In this document: piece after piece, positions 22,392-33,916 of the stretch
How positions within the stretch are numbered: the stretch's first letter is position 1
How the letters are laid out: each line of letters starts with the position of its first letter
NCBI GenBank assembly: GCA_016874005.1
Contig: VGVQ01000009.1
Location: 74,158 to 138,157 of the forward strand
Source: Gemmatimonadota bacterium
Lineage (GTDB): Bacteria; Gemmatimonadota; Gemmatimonadetes; Gemmatimonadales; GWC2-71-9
Direction: 5' to 3'
Length of the DNA: 64,000 nucleotides
Made by a program: the position numbers and the translations under genes
The notes under the pieces: model-generated
Database searches by the model: none
Seen by the model: the letters and a program-made list of their open reading frames with translations, nothing else
Told to the model about the DNA's origin: nothing

Positions 22392-23264
22392 TTATGGGCT
22401 GACGGATTGAGCGGCGTCGGCTGCCCTGTGCCCCAGCATGTGTCGCAGGAGTCGCACCGTCATTTCGCGGAGAGAGCCGCGGGGAACCACGTCGTCGATC
22501 TGGCCGTGTTCGAGCAGGAATTCGGCGGTCTGAAAGCCGTCGGGAAGGTCCTGACCAATGGTCTGCTTGATCACCCGCTGGCCGGCGAACCCGATGACGG
22601 CGCCCGGCTCGGCCAGAATCGTATCTCCCTGCATGGCGTAGCTCGCGGAGACGCCACCCGTCGTCGGATTGGTGAGGATGGTGATGAAGGGCACCCCCTG
22701 GCGGCGGACCTCGGCGATGGCGGATGAAGTTTTTGCCATCTGCATCAGGGACAGGACGCCCTCCTGCATCCGGGCGCCCCCCGAGGCGCACACCAACACC
22801 AGTGGCACCCCCTTGTCCGCCGATCGGTGCGCCAGGCGGGCTATCTTCTCCCCGACCACGGACCCCATCGATCCGCCCATATAGGCGAAGTTCATCACCC
22901 CGAGGTGCAGCGGGATTCCTTCCAGCTTACCCAGGCCGGTGTAGATGGCGTCGAGCTGCCCGGTCTTGTGCTGGGAGGCCTTGGTGCGATCGGGGTAGTG
23001 CTCGAAGTTGAGCGGGTCGAGCGACCGCAATTCCTGACCCAGCTCGCGCCAGGTCCCGGCATCGGTCAAGAGTTCGAGGTACTCCTCGGCGCTGAACCGG
23101 CGGTGGTGGCCGCAGGACGGGCAGACGTTCAGCTCCCGCTCGAATCGCTCCCGAATGTCGACGTGCCCACACGCCTCGCACTTGTCCCACGCATCGCGGG
23201 GGATCTCGAGGCGCGCGCGTTGGGAAACGCGGGGCTTTCGTTCCTTCCTAAACCAAGCCGACAC
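22392..23264 (-). CDS. accD: acetyl-CoA carboxylase carboxyltransferase beta subunit
   Basis: It has the N-terminal Zn ribbon CEACGx15CPSCGHH and a carboxyltransferase core (GGSMGSVVGEK, SGGARMQEG). The GTG at 23264 gives the typical (M)SAWFRKE N-terminus. The ATG at 23321 is an alternative start. Confidence 0.85.
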   Translation of the reverse strand: MSAWFRKERKPRVSQRARLEIPRDAWDKCEACGHVDIRERFERELNVCPSCGHHRRFSAEEYLELLTDAGTWRELGQELRSLDPLNFEHYPDRTKASQHKTGQLDAIYTGLGKLEGIPLHLGVMNFAYMGGSMGSVVGEKIARLAHRSADKGVPLVLVCASGGARMQEGVLSLMQMAKTSSAIAEVRRQGVPFITILTNPTTGGVSASYAMQGDTILAEPGAVIGFAGQRVIKQTIGQDLPDGFQTAEFLLEHGQIDDVVPRGSLREMTVRLLRHMLGHRAADAAQSVSP

Positions 23265-23377
23265 AGGCCTCTTGGGATAACGGCTGAATGGACGGTGGCG
23301 GCCGGGCCTGCCACCGAGCAAGGAATCTGGTGCCTGGGCCGACTTCCCGCCAGGGCGACTTCGCTAAGTTGTTGTCG

Positions 23378-24610
23378 CTAATCAGCATAGCCCGCCAAGC
23401 GGCTGTCGGCAGCGACCCGAAAAACCAGGCCCATCGCCAGCCCGCAGGCGAGCAGGAAGGATCCGCCGTAGGAGAAGAACGGCAGGGGAATTCCAGTGAT
23501 CGGCATCACATTGATCGTCATCCCGACGTTCTCGAACACGTGGGTGAAAAGCAGGCCGATTATCCCGAATACCATCAGGCTGCTGAAGGTATTGGTGGCC
23601 CGGCGAGCGACGTCGATCATCCGGATGAACAATGCCAGGAACAAGGCGAGGGCGATCGACACCCCGATAAAGCCGAGTTCCTCCCCCACCACCGAGAAGA
23701 TGAAGTCGGTCGGCTGCTCCGGAAGGAAGGCGAGCCGCTTCTGGGGCCCATCGAGGTAGCCGTTACCGAACCAGCCACCCGAACCGATCGCGACCTTGGA
23801 CTGGATCGCCTGGTATCCGGATTTGACCGGATCCGCCTCCGGATTGACGAAGGAAACCAGTCGCCGCTGCTGGTATGGTTTGAGCCGATTCCACAGGACG
23901 ATCGCCAGCACCCCCATGGCGGAATTGACCACCCAGATGAACACCCCCTCACTCAAGTAGGTCCGCCAGAGCAGCAGGAGGCCGGTGAGCACCAGGATCC
24001 AGGCGCCCCACCACGCCGTGTCGACCGCCAGGATGAGGCTGATCAAGGGAGAGGCGAGCAGCAGCAGCAGGGACGGCTTGACCCCGGCCCAGAACAAGGT
24101 CGCGAAGAGAATCCCCACGAAGACGATCGCGCTGCCCAGGTCTGGCTGGGCCATGACCAAGAGGAACGGGACCCCGGCAATGAGCCCCGGCTTGACCAAT
24201 TCGCGCAGGGTCTCCGGCGGTTGCCGGAGGCCCGAGCAGTACCGAGCCAGCAAGAGGATGGTCGCCAACTTCGCGAGTTCGACCGGCTGGCCCAAACGAA
24301 CCCCGCCAATGGCGAGCCAGCTCTTGGTACCCGCGGCCGTCCCCGCACCGGTGCCGATCACGAGCGTGAGGAGCAGCAGGAACAGACCGAGCCCGTAGAT
24401 CCACGGGGCTGCCCATTCGAGGATCCTGGACGAGGCGCGGTAGGCGACCGCGCCGGTGAGCGCCGCCAGCACGATCCACACGACCTGCCGAACCCAGGCC
24501 CCGGTTCCCGAGGTCACCACGTCGGTGGTGCCAGCGGAGTACACCATCGCAAGCCCGTAGCCGCCGAGCAAAAGCACGGTGAGCACGAGGCCCCGATCGA
24601 GCCGTGTCAT
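23378..24610 (-). CDS. rodA: SEDS-family peptidoglycan polymerase RodA
   Basis: The protein is multi-TM with FtsW/RodA motifs (QPVELAKLATILLLA, MPITGIPLPFFSYGGS). The ATG at 24610 overlaps the mrdA stop (ATGA). It lies downstream of mreBCD-mrdA. Confidence 0.85.
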   Translation of the reverse strand: MTRLDRGLVLTVLLLGGYGLAMVYSAGTTDVVTSGTGAWVRQVVWIVLAALTGAVAYRASSRILEWAAPWIYGLGLFLLLLTLVIGTGAGTAAGTKSWLAIGGVRLGQPVELAKLATILLLARYCSGLRQPPETLRELVKPGLIAGVPFLLVMAQPDLGSAIVFVGILFATLFWAGVKPSLLLLLASPLISLILAVDTAWWGAWILVLTGLLLLWRTYLSEGVFIWVVNSAMGVLAIVLWNRLKPYQQRRLVSFVNPEADPVKSGYQAIQSKVAIGSGGWFGNGYLDGPQKRLAFLPEQPTDFIFSVVGEELGFIGVSIALALFLALFIRMIDVARRATNTFSSLMVFGIIGLLFTHVFENVGMTINVMPITGIPLPFFSYGGSFLLACGLAMGLVFRVAADSRLAGYAD

Positions 24611-26463
24611 CGGGGCCGCACCGGACCCGAGAGACTGTCCGCCGGCAGTTCGGACGCGGTGGTCGCGGAGTCCTGCTGGGTGATGACGGTAACCGGGGCC
24701 TTGGCCAATTCCGGATCGGTCCGCTCGAGGTACCGCCGAATCGCGCGGACCACGTAGGGCGCGACTCCCGAGCCGTGCTTGGCGAACTCCATGATGCTGC
24801 CGACGACGATCGTGGGCTTGTCGGCCGGGGCGAACGCCACGAACCAACCATGGTCATCGCCGTGAGGGTTCTGGGCGGTTCCGGTCTTCCCGGCCACCTT
24901 GAGGTCGCGACCGCCGCTGGCCGCCGCCGTTCCCCGATCGACGACTTTCTGCATCGCGGCCCGGAGGCCGGCAAGCTGCTCTTGGCTCAGCCCGAGCGGC
25001 CTCGGTGTCCCCTTGGGCTCCCGGACGATGTGGGGCACCGGCATCGAGCCGTCACCCGCCAGCGCCGCGTAGAACCTGGTCAAGCTGACGAGAGTCTGTT
25101 CGTTCTCCCCCTGGCCGATCGAGAGGTTGAGCGTCGCGGCATTGCTCCATCCCCGAGGTCCGTACTGCCGGTCGTAGTAGGCGGTCGACGGCGGGAACAA
25201 CGAGCTTCGCTCGAAGCCCAAGTCGAGACCGGTCTCCTCACCCAAGCCCCACTCCGTCGCTTGGGCCAGCAGGTTCGGGAGGCCGATCTTGAGGCCGAGC
25301 TGGTAGAAGTAGACGTTGCAACTCTGGGCGATGGCGTCGGTCAGGTCCAGCGACCCATGCCCGGTTCGCTTCCAACAATGAAAGACCCGATTGCCGAAGC
25401 GGAAGCCCCCGCCGCAAGACTGGGGCATGTGACTCGAGAAGTCGACGACCCCGCGCCGCAGGCCGATCGCCGCGGTCACCAGCTTGAAGGGCGACCCCGG
25501 CGGGAAGGCCCCGCGGGTGGCTCGATTGAACAGCGGCTTGGCTTCGTCGGCGTTGAGTTCGTTCCACCGGCGGCCGGTGATCCCGCTGATGAACTCGTTG
25601 GGGTCGAATGCCGGCGCCGAGTAGAGCGCCAGCAACTCGCCATTGGGCCGCATGGCCACCATCGCTCCCCGAGTTCCCGGGCGAGCCGCGGTCCACATGC
25701 TGTCGATGAAGGTCTGGAGGTCGAGATCGATGGTCGTCCGAATCGGCTCTCCCGCCACCGGCTTGAGCGACGGGGAGGCGCTTTCGTCGCGGACCATTCG
25801 GCCCCGGGCGTCGACCTCGATGAAGCTCTCGCCCTCGATCCCCCGGACCACCGAGTCGTAGGTCGCCTCGAGGCCATCCTTGCCGACCAACGTGCCAGGG
25901 CGGGCGCCGGGGTAGCGACCCTTCTCGAGGTCCGCGTCGGAGACCTCAGTGACGTATCCGACCAGGTGGGCCACGGCTTTGCCCGCGATGTACAGCCTCC
26001 GGGGCTCGGTTCGGATCACCAGCCCGGGCAGCAGGTAGCGGTGCTCTTCGAGGGCCGCCACCGCCGCCAGGCTGGCGTTCGCGAAGACCAGGGCCGGCTG
26101 GAACCGGGCCGCGAGGTAGCGGCGGACCACCTCGTCCTCGACGTCGGCGGTCTCCGGAACGTACCGGGCCATCCGCTTGAGCAAGGCCCGGAGCGAATCC
26201 GGCGACGAGGCCAGCACCTTTACCGTGAACCCCGGGGCGTTCTCGGCGATCGGAATCCCGTGGCGGTCGAGAATGGTGCCCCGCGGAGAGGCCAGCGTGA
26301 GCCGGCGCAGTCGGTTCTTCTCGGACTGGCGGCGATAGCTGTCGGCCTCGAGAATCTGAGCCCGGAAAAAAGCCACCAGGAGGAACCCAAAGGCCAACAG
26401 CAGCACGATGGTGGCCGCGTTGGCTCGTTCTCGGAGGCGGAACTTGGTGAAGGCGACGCTCAT
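24607..26463 (-). CDS. mrdA: penicillin-binding protein 2 (elongasome transpeptidase)
   Basis: An N-terminal TM anchor is followed by the motifs SxxK (GSPFK), SxN (SIGQG) and KTG (KTGTAQ). The ATG at 26463 overlaps the mreD stop (ATGA). Confidence 0.9.
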   Translation of the reverse strand: MSVAFTKFRLRERANAATIVLLLAFGFLLVAFFRAQILEADSYRRQSEKNRLRRLTLASPRGTILDRHGIPIAENAPGFTVKVLASSPDSLRALLKRMARYVPETADVEDEVVRRYLAARFQPALVFANASLAAVAALEEHRYLLPGLVIRTEPRRLYIAGKAVAHLVGYVTEVSDADLEKGRYPGARPGTLVGKDGLEATYDSVVRGIEGESFIEVDARGRMVRDESASPSLKPVAGEPIRTTIDLDLQTFIDSMWTAARPGTRGAMVAMRPNGELLALYSAPAFDPNEFISGITGRRWNELNADEAKPLFNRATRGAFPPGSPFKLVTAAIGLRRGVVDFSSHMPQSCGGGFRFGNRVFHCWKRTGHGSLDLTDAIAQSCNVYFYQLGLKIGLPNLLAQATEWGLGEETGLDLGFERSSLFPPSTAYYDRQYGPRGWSNAATLNLSIGQGENEQTLVSLTRFYAALAGDGSMPVPHIVREPKGTPRPLGLSQEQLAGLRAAMQKVVDRGTAAASGGRDLKVAGKTGTAQNPHGDDHGWFVAFAPADKPTIVVGSIMEFAKHGSGVAPYVVRAIRRYLERTDPELAKAPVTVITQQDSATTASELPADSLSGPVRPR

Positions 26464-26960
26464 TCGTCCAACCGAATCGCCAGCCAATCGCGAAAGATCA
26501 CCACGACCGTAACCCCGGCGATGGCAGTAGTCACGGCCTGGATGGGCGACCACACCAAGGCCACCCTGCCGAGCTCGGCAAGCCCGGCGCCACTGGCAAT
26601 CAACACTAATAGCGTCCGGAGCCAGACGCCTCCCGCGAACACCCCGGCGTTCACGAGCAGGTTGTCGGGGAAGAACAGCCCCCTGCCCCAGGCGGCGAGG
26701 TAGCCCACGACCGTATGCGCCATGGCTCCAGCCCCGAACCGCGCCGGGGTGAGAATGTCGGTGACCAGCCCAACCGTGAAGCCGATGACCGCCGCGGTGC
26801 CGGGGCGGCTGCGAATCGCCACCAGGAGCATGGCGAGCATGAGCAGGTCGGGAGCCGCCGCGCCGCCACCGAACCAGGGGCGAATGTAGAAATGCAGGGT
26901 GATCAGAACGGCGATCACGACCGCCACCCGCCAACGCCGGCCCCGCCGCGAAATCGTCAT
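26460..26960 (-). CDS. mreD: rod shape-determining protein MreD
   Basis: The 166-aa polytopic membrane protein lies between mreC and mrdA. Both junctions overlap by 4 nt. Confidence 0.7.
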   Translation of the reverse strand: MTISRRGRRWRVAVVIAVLITLHFYIRPWFGGGAAAPDLLMLAMLLVAIRSRPGTAAVIGFTVGLVTDILTPARFGAGAMAHTVVGYLAAWGRGLFFPDNLLVNAGVFAGGVWLRTLLVLIASGAGLAELGRVALVWSPIQAVTTAIAGVTVVVIFRDWLAIRLDE

Positions 26961-27778
26961 GGGTTCGAGCGATCGGCCCGGCCGACCCGGTAGACCAGGA
27001 CGTGGCTCACCCGGCCCGGATTGGCGAGCGGGCCGACTCGATAGACCCGCTCCCAGCCCAGCTCCTCCCGGCGAACCCCGGCGACTCGGCCGATCGGAAT
27101 GCCCTTGGGGTATTGACCGGTCAGGCCGGAGGTCAGGACCAGCGTCCCGACGGCCACCGTGTCGCGATACGGCACCCCGCGAAGTTCGAGAAACGCCTCA
27201 CTGGCGGAGGCACTCGGCGCCGGCGCGATGATCCCGAGTACCCCACCGTCTTCGGTCATCGCGCTGACGGCGAAATCCGGATGGGCCCACGTCATCGCGA
27301 TCGACGACTGTCCGTCGACGCTGGTGACGAGGCCCACCAGGCCGTCCGGCGAGACCACCGGGTGCCCTACTCCCACGCCGGCTCGGCTCCCGGCTCCGAG
27401 CAGCAGGGTGCGCCCATCCGTGGCGGCCGCTTGATGGAGCACCTCGGCAGGAACGGTAGGAAACGAGGCCCGGGCCTTGAGACCGAGCAAGCCCCGCAGT
27501 TGCTCGTTTTCGGCTCTCAGCCAGGCGAGCGACTGGGCGGCGAGGACCGCGGAATCGCGGGCCGCGGCGATGGCGCGGAGGCGGAGGCGGCTGGTGCGTT
27601 GCTCTTCAGCGTTGCGGTTGACCCAGACGAGCGGGGCGAGCGCGGTGCCGCGAACGCCGGCGGCGAAGGCCTCCGCCCAGGCGGCCGGCAACACCAGCAA
27701 CGCGACGGAAAGCGCGAGGCAGATACCGAGGAGGAGCGTATCGCTCCGGGTGAGCGAGCGGCCCGCGCTCGACCTCAT
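26957..27778 (-). CDS. mreC: rod shape-determining protein MreC
   Basis: It has an N-terminal TM helix, a coiled region (LRAENEQLRGLLGLK) and a beta-rich C-terminal domain. It lies immediately after mreB. Confidence 0.8.
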   Translation of the reverse strand: MRSSAGRSLTRSDTLLLGICLALSVALLVLPAAWAEAFAAGVRGTALAPLVWVNRNAEEQRTSRLRLRAIAAARDSAVLAAQSLAWLRAENEQLRGLLGLKARASFPTVPAEVLHQAAATDGRTLLLGAGSRAGVGVGHPVVSPDGLVGLVTSVDGQSSIAMTWAHPDFAVSAMTEDGGVLGIIAPAPSASASEAFLELRGVPYRDTVAVGTLVLTSGLTGQYPKGIPIGRVAGVRREELGWERVYRVGPLANPGRVSHVLVYRVGRADRSNP

Positions 27779-27779
27779 G

Positions 27780-28814
27780 TCACCTCGTCAGGACGTTGCG
27801 ATACTTCTCGTACTCGTCGAGAATCCGACCGGTACCCCGCACCACGCAGGTGAGGGGATCTTCGTCGACGTGGATCGGCAATCCGGTTTCCTGCGACAAC
27901 AACAGGTCGAGACCGCGGATCAGCGCCCCACCACCGGTCATCACGATGCCGCGGTCGACGATGTCGCTCGCCAACTCCGGCGGGGTGATCTCGAGCGCCC
28001 GGCGCACCGCGTCGACGATCTGTTGAATGGGCTCCTGAACCGCCTCGCGGACCTCGGTGGAGTGCACTCGCACGGTCTTGGGAATGCCCGACACCAGATC
28101 GCGGCCCTTCACCTCCATCTCGCGCTCGTCGCCCGCGGGGTAGGCAGAGCCAATCTTGATCTTGATCGCCTCGGCCGTGGGCTCACCGACGAGGAGGTTG
28201 TAGTTCTTCCGCATGAACTGGACGATGGCCTGATCCAGCTCGTCGCCTCCGGTGCGGATCGAGGTGTCGCAGACGATGCCGGACAAGGCGATGACCGCGA
28301 TCTCCGTGGTCCCGCCCCCGATGTCGATGACCATGTTCCCGGTAGGCGTCTCGACCGGAAGCCCCACCCCGATCGCCGCCGCCATCGGCTCGGCCACCAT
28401 CCAGACTTCCTTGGCCCCGGCGGTTTCGGCCGAATCGCGGACCGCCCGCCGTTCCACCTCGGTGATGCCCGAGGGAACGGCCACGATCACCATCGGCTTG
28501 ACCTTGAAGAAGTGTTTGTTGATGATGGTGCCGAGGAAATGGCGGAGCATCTTCTCGGTCCGCTCGAAGTCGGCAATGACGCCGTCTTTGAGCGGCCGAA
28601 CCGCGATGATGCCTTCCGGGGTCCTGCCTAACATTCGCTTGGCATCGAGGCCGAACGCCTTGGGCTCGCCGGAATTACGGTCGATGGCGACCACCGACGG
28701 CTCGTTCAGCACGATGCCTTCACCCTTCGCGTATACCAGGGTGTTGGCCGTGCCGAGGTCGACCGCGATTTCATTCGCGGGCAGCAACGAATCCAATTTG
28801 AATGGAAACTTCAT
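27780..28814 (-). CDS. mreB: rod shape-determining protein MreB
   Basis: It has an actin-like ATPase fold, with the motifs [24 protein letters not shown] and [12 protein letters not shown]. Confidence 0.95.
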   Translation of the reverse strand: MKFPFKLDSLLPANEIAVDLGTANTLVYAKGEGIVLNEPSVVAIDRNSGEPKAFGLDAKRMLGRTPEGIIAVRPLKDGVIADFERTEKMLRHFLGTIINKHFFKVKPMVIVAVPSGITEVERRAVRDSAETAGAKEVWMVAEPMAAAIGVGLPVETPTGNMVIDIGGGTTEIAVIALSGIVCDTSIRTGGDELDQAIVQFMRKNYNLLVGEPTAEAIKIKIGSAYPAGDEREMEVKGRDLVSGIPKTVRVHSTEVREAVQEPIQQIVDAVRRALEITPPELASDIVDRGIVMTGGGALIRGLDLLLSQETGLPIHVDEDPLTCVVRGTGRILDEYEKYRNVLTR

Positions 28815-28901
28815 CGGTGTCTGACCTGGGCCCCTTCGACCGGCTCCCCCGAACGACGCCTAAAGTAAGATGCTGCAAAGAGTTCCACAAGCGGCGCGGG
28901 G

Positions 28902-29339
28902 CTAGAGTCCGGTGCTCCCAAAGCCTCCTTGACCGCGGTCGCTGGCAGGTAACGAGTCGACCGTCTGGAATTGCACAGCCTCGACCCGGGCCAGGACCAA
29001 CTGGGCAATCCGCATCCCCCTGGTGACCTCGAACGGCTCCCGACTGAGGTTGATGAGCCCGACCTTGAGCTCGCCCCGATAGTCGCTGTCGATCGTGGCG
29101 GGGGTGTTAGGCAGGGTGATTCCGTGGCGGACGGCCAGGCCGGAACGGGGCCGGATCTGGATCTCGAACCCCGGCGGGATCGCCACCGCGAAGCCGGTCG
29201 GGAAGAGCCGGCACTCCATCGGGGCGAGTACCGCCCCTTCGGCCGCCGCGATGTCGGCACCGGCCGACCCCACGGTCTGGGGGGTGGGTACCGGCAGCCC
29301 CTGGCCGTGGGGAAGCCGCTGAATCAGCACCGTCGCCAC
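28902..29339 (-). CDS. dut: dUTP diphosphatase
   Basis: The motifs [21 protein letters not shown] and the C-terminal [10 protein letters not shown] are present. Confidence 0.9.
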   Translation of the reverse strand: MATVLIQRLPHGQGLPVPTPQTVGSAGADIAAAEGAVLAPMECRLFPTGFAVAIPPGFEIQIRPRSGLAVRHGITLPNTPATIDSDYRGELKVGLINLSREPFEVTRGMRIAQLVLARVEAVQFQTVDSLPASDRGQGGFGSTGL

Positions 29340-29348
29340 GAGCGGGAC

Positions 29349-30461
<1,113 letters not shown>

Positions 30462-30473
30462 CGGAATCTCCCG

Positions 30474-31736
30474 TCAGGTCGGTCGTGGTTCGCCGCCCAA
30501 TTCGAGCAGCGAAAGTCGCTCCGGCACGAAGAACTCGGTGGTGACGGCCGCCGCCTCCTCGCTCCCGACGCGATCGATGGCCGCCAGCACGTCATCCAGC
30601 TTCCGGTACCGGTCGTCGCTGAGCACGAATCCCGCGAGTCGGTTCATCCGGCTGGCGGGGTTCTCGAGGGCAAGCATCAACTGGCCCTTGAGCTGTTGCT
30701 TCCCGCCTTCGAGCTCTTCGTGGCTCAATCCGTCGGTGGCGAGACGGCGGTACTCCGCGAGCACCGCGTCTTTGGCCTGGTCGGCGGTGGCGGTCTGGGT
30801 CCCGACATAGACGCCGACGAGACCGGTCCCCCGATAATACTGCTGAAAGGCGTAGACCCCGTACGCCAACCCGAGCTCCTCACGGACCCGTTGAAAGAGC
30901 CGGCTCGACATGCCGCCGCCGAAGACGTTGGTGACGATCGCCAGTGGGTAGCGTCGATCGTCGCGAGCATCGAACGTGTCGGTCCCCCAGACCAAGTGCG
31001 CCTGGGCGGTCTCCCGGGGAACGAATTCGACGACTCCCCTGGCCGCCGGCGTCACCCCCACCGCCGGCACGGCCGGCCTGGCCGTGGCGTCCGCGAACCA
31101 GCCCTGCCGGTCGAGATCGGCCAGGAGCCGATCATGGTCGACGTTGCCGGCCGCCGTGATCACGCAGTTGCCCGGGTAATAGCCGGCGCGGTGAAAGCCC
31201 TTGAGGTCCGCGGCGGTGATCGATGACACCGTGGTCGGGGTCCCGAGGATCGAATACCCATAGGGATGATCGGGCCACAGGCGACTGGAGAAGAGGTCGA
31301 AGACCAGATCGTCCGGGGCATCGTCGACCGCCTTGATCTCCTCGAGCACGACGTTGCGCTCGAGGGCAAGGTCGCTGTCCCGAAGCAGCGGCCGCAAGAC
31401 CAAGTCGGTCAGGATATCCACGGCGAGCGGAAGGTCCGCGTCGAGCACGTGGGCCTGGTAGCTGGTGTGATCCCGGCTGGTGAAGGCGTCGAGGGAGCCG
31501 CCACGGATCTCGAGGGCCATGGCGATCTCCTTCGCGGACCGGCGCTCGGTTCCCTTGAACACCATGTGCTCGAGCAGGTGGGCCGCGCCCATCAGCTCCC
31601 GCGGTTCGTGCGCGCTGGCGGTCCGGACCCAGACACCCACCGCGGCCGATCGGAGGCCCGGCAGGTGCTCGGTCAGCACCGCGAGTCCGTTCGGGGCCGT
31701 GGTCCGGTAGAGTCGTTCGTCGAGTTGCTCCCGCAC
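30474..31736 (-). CDS. M16-family (pitrilysin-like) zinc peptidase
   Basis: It has the inverted zinc motif HLLEHMVFKGT (HxxEH) near the N-terminus and a two-domain M16 architecture. Confidence 0.85.
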   Translation of the reverse strand: MREQLDERLYRTTAPNGLAVLTEHLPGLRSAAVGVWVRTASAHEPRELMGAAHLLEHMVFKGTERRSAKEIAMALEIRGGSLDAFTSRDHTSYQAHVLDADLPLAVDILTDLVLRPLLRDSDLALERNVVLEEIKAVDDAPDDLVFDLFSSRLWPDHPYGYSILGTPTTVSSITAADLKGFHRAGYYPGNCVITAAGNVDHDRLLADLDRQGWFADATARPAVPAVGVTPAARGVVEFVPRETAQAHLVWGTDTFDARDDRRYPLAIVTNVFGGGMSSRLFQRVREELGLAYGVYAFQQYYRGTGLVGVYVGTQTATADQAKDAVLAEYRRLATDGLSHEELEGGKQQLKGQLMLALENPASRMNRLAGFVLSDDRYRKLDDVLAAIDRVGSEEAAAVTTEFFVPERLSLLELGGEPRPT

Positions 31737-31742
31737 CCGGAG

Positions 31743-33824
31743 CTATTCCTTCGGCAGCAACGCTTTCCGGGACAGCTTCATCCGGCCGCGGTCGTCCACC
31801 TCGAGCAGCTGGACCCGAACGATATCGCCCTTCTTGACCACATCTTCGGTTTTCTCGGTTCGGCCGTGCTGCAGTTCGCTGATGTGGAGAAGGCCCTCAA
31901 CACCGGGCAGAATCTCGACGAAAGCGCCGAACGCCGTCGTGCTCTTGACCGGACCTTCGTAGATCTTCCCGACTTCGGGTTCGGCGACCAGCGATGACAC
32001 CATCTCGCGCGCCTTGGCTCCCGCCTCCCCGCCGACTGCCGCGATGGTCACCAGGCCCGAGTCTTCGATGGTGATCTTGGCGCCGGTGGCATCCTGGATC
32101 CCGCGGATGGTCTTCCCCTTCGGACCGATGACGTCACCGATCTTGTCGGGCTTGATCATCATCGTGAAGATTCTCGGGGCATACGCCGACAGATCGCCGC
32201 GAGGGGCGGCCAACGCCTTGTTCATCTCGCCGAGGATGTGGAGCCGCCCCTTGCGGGCCCGCTCCAACGCATCGGCCATGATCTCCAGGGTCAGTCCGTC
32301 GATCTTGATGTCCATCTGGATCGAGGTGATCCCCTTGGCCGTGCCGGCCACCTTGAAGTCCATGTCGCCCAGATGGTCCTCGGCACCGAGGATGTCGGTC
32401 AGCACCGCGACCCGTTTCCCCTCCATGATCAACCCCATCGCCACGCCAGCGCAGGGGGCCTTCATCGGAACACCGGCATCCATCAGCGCCAGCGACCCGC
32501 CGCAGACGGTGGCCATCGACGACGAGCCGTTCGACTCGAGGATCTCCGAGACGACCCGCAAGGTGTAGGGGAAGGTGTCGAATGCCGGCAGCAGCGCCTG
32601 GAGGGCACGCTCGGCCAGGGCACCGTGTCCGATCTCCCGACGGCTGGTGCCCCGAATCGGACGCACCTCGCCGGTGGAGTACGGCGGGAAGTTGTAATGG
32701 AGCATGAACGACTTGGTTGCTTCCCCGGGAACGTCGATCGAATCGATCCGTTGCTCGTCGTCAGCCGTGCCCAAGGTCACCGCGACCAGCGCCTGGGTTT
32801 GCCCCCGGGTAAACAGGGCCGAGCCGTGAACCCGGGGCAGCAGGCCCGCCTCGACCGCGATCGGGCGGATGGTGTCGAGATCTCGCCCGTCGATCCGCTC
32901 ACCCTTGTCGAGAACCTGATTGCGCATGGTACGGTACTCGATCTCCTCGAGTTCCCGTTCCGCGTCCTTCACCTTGTCCGGCATCTCGGCCGTGATCGTG
33001 GTCAGCGCCGCGTCCCTGACGCCCTTCATTTGAGCCGCCCGGCCGGCCTTGTCCTTGGCGTTGATGGCCTTCGCCATGTCCTTCTCGGCCAACTCGCGGA
33101 TTCGTTTGGCCACCCCCGGGTCGATCTCCGTCTTGGCCCAGACCATCTTGGGGACGCCGGCCTTGGCCACCAGCGTCTCGATGTGGCCGCGCAGCTCGCG
33201 AATGCCCTTCTGAGCCACCTTGAACGCCTCGAGCATGTCGGTCTCGGACACCTCGAGCGCACCACCTTCGACCATGTCGATGAACTCACCACTACCGCTC
33301 ACGGTGAGGTCGAGGTCGGAGAATTCGAGCTGGTGGAAGGTCGGGTTGAGGATCCAGTTGCCGTCGACCCGGCCAACTCGCACGGTGGCGAGAGGACCGT
33401 TCCACGGCACCGGCGAAAGGGACAACGCCGCCGAGGCCGCGAAGGCACCCAAGACATCGGCGTCGTGCTCCTGGTCCGCCGAGACGACCGTGACGAAGAC
33501 CTGGACCTCGTTGCGGAAGCCCTCGGGGAAGAGCGGCCGGATCGATCGGTCGACGATTCGGGCCGCGAGGATTTCCTTGTCCGACGGCCGGCCTTCTCGC
33601 TTGATGAACCCACCCGGGATCTTGCCGGCCGCGTAGGTGCGCTCGCGATACTCGACCGTGAGGGGGAAGAAGGGCAAGGACGACTGGTTGGGGCTCACCG
33701 TGATGGCGGCGAGGACGACCGTGTCGCCAAACTGGACCAGGACCGACCCGGCGGATTGGCGCGCGAGGCGGCCGGTTTCGAGTACCAACCGGCGGCCGGC
33801 GAACGTGGTTTCAATGCGATGCAC
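31743..33824 (-). CDS. pnp: polyribonucleotide nucleotidyltransferase (PNPase)
   Basis: Two RNase PH domains are followed by KH (IGPKGKTIRGIQ) and S1 (GKIYEGPVKSTTAFGAFVEI) domains. It lies downstream of rpsO. Confidence 0.95.
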   Translation of the reverse strand: MHRIETTFAGRRLVLETGRLARQSAGSVLVQFGDTVVLAAITVSPNQSSLPFFPLTVEYRERTYAAGKIPGGFIKREGRPSDKEILAARIVDRSIRPLFPEGFRNEVQVFVTVVSADQEHDADVLGAFAASAALSLSPVPWNGPLATVRVGRVDGNWILNPTFHQLEFSDLDLTVSGSGEFIDMVEGGALEVSETDMLEAFKVAQKGIRELRGHIETLVAKAGVPKMVWAKTEIDPGVAKRIRELAEKDMAKAINAKDKAGRAAQMKGVRDAALTTITAEMPDKVKDAERELEEIEYRTMRNQVLDKGERIDGRDLDTIRPIAVEAGLLPRVHGSALFTRGQTQALVAVTLGTADDEQRIDSIDVPGEATKSFMLHYNFPPYSTGEVRPIRGTSRREIGHGALAERALQALLPAFDTFPYTLRVVSEILESNGSSSMATVCGGSLALMDAGVPMKAPCAGVAMGLIMEGKRVAVLTDILGAEDHLGDMDFKVAGTAKGITSIQMDIKIDGLTLEIMADALERARKGRLHILGEMNKALAAPRGDLSAYAPRIFTMMIKPDKIGDVIGPKGKTIRGIQDATGAKITIEDSGLVTIAAVGGEAGAKAREMVSSLVAEPEVGKIYEGPVKSTTAFGAFVEILPGVEGLLHISELQHGRTEKTEDVVKKGDIVRVQLLEVDDRGRMKLSRKALLPKE

Positions 33825-33888
33825 AGCAATAACCCTCGATGGTGGTGAGGGCGGACAGGCGCCCGCCCCGACCCCCGCAATACACGAA

Positions 33889-33916
33889 GGGCGTCCCGGT
33901 TGTCTTGGGGACGCCC
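33889..33916 (-). terminator. rpsO terminator / pnp leader hairpin
   Basis: GGGCGTCCC-9 nt loop-GGGACGCCC forms a 9-bp stem 16 nt after the rpsO stop. On the minus strand it is followed by TTCGTGTATT. A second hairpin, GGGCGG...CCGCCC, lies at 33849-33868 in the same leader. Confidence 0.5.

Noticed and set aside
22384-22791. The N-terminal extension of the folC ORF (the 550-aa version), and likewise the extensions of 14378-15568, 18221-19987, 23378-24847, 24607-26934 and 39659-41338.
   Set aside because: Each extension overlaps the well-supported upstream gene in another frame and is Arg/Gly/Pro-rich. The conserved family N-terminus appears only at the shorter start I propose.
23265-23377. 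The stem GGTGGC-10 nt-GCCACC in the rodA-accD spacer, as a possible terminator.
   Set aside because: The stem is only 6 bp with a GC-rich loop, and there is no T-tract. It is indistinguishable from chance pairing in GC-rich DNA.
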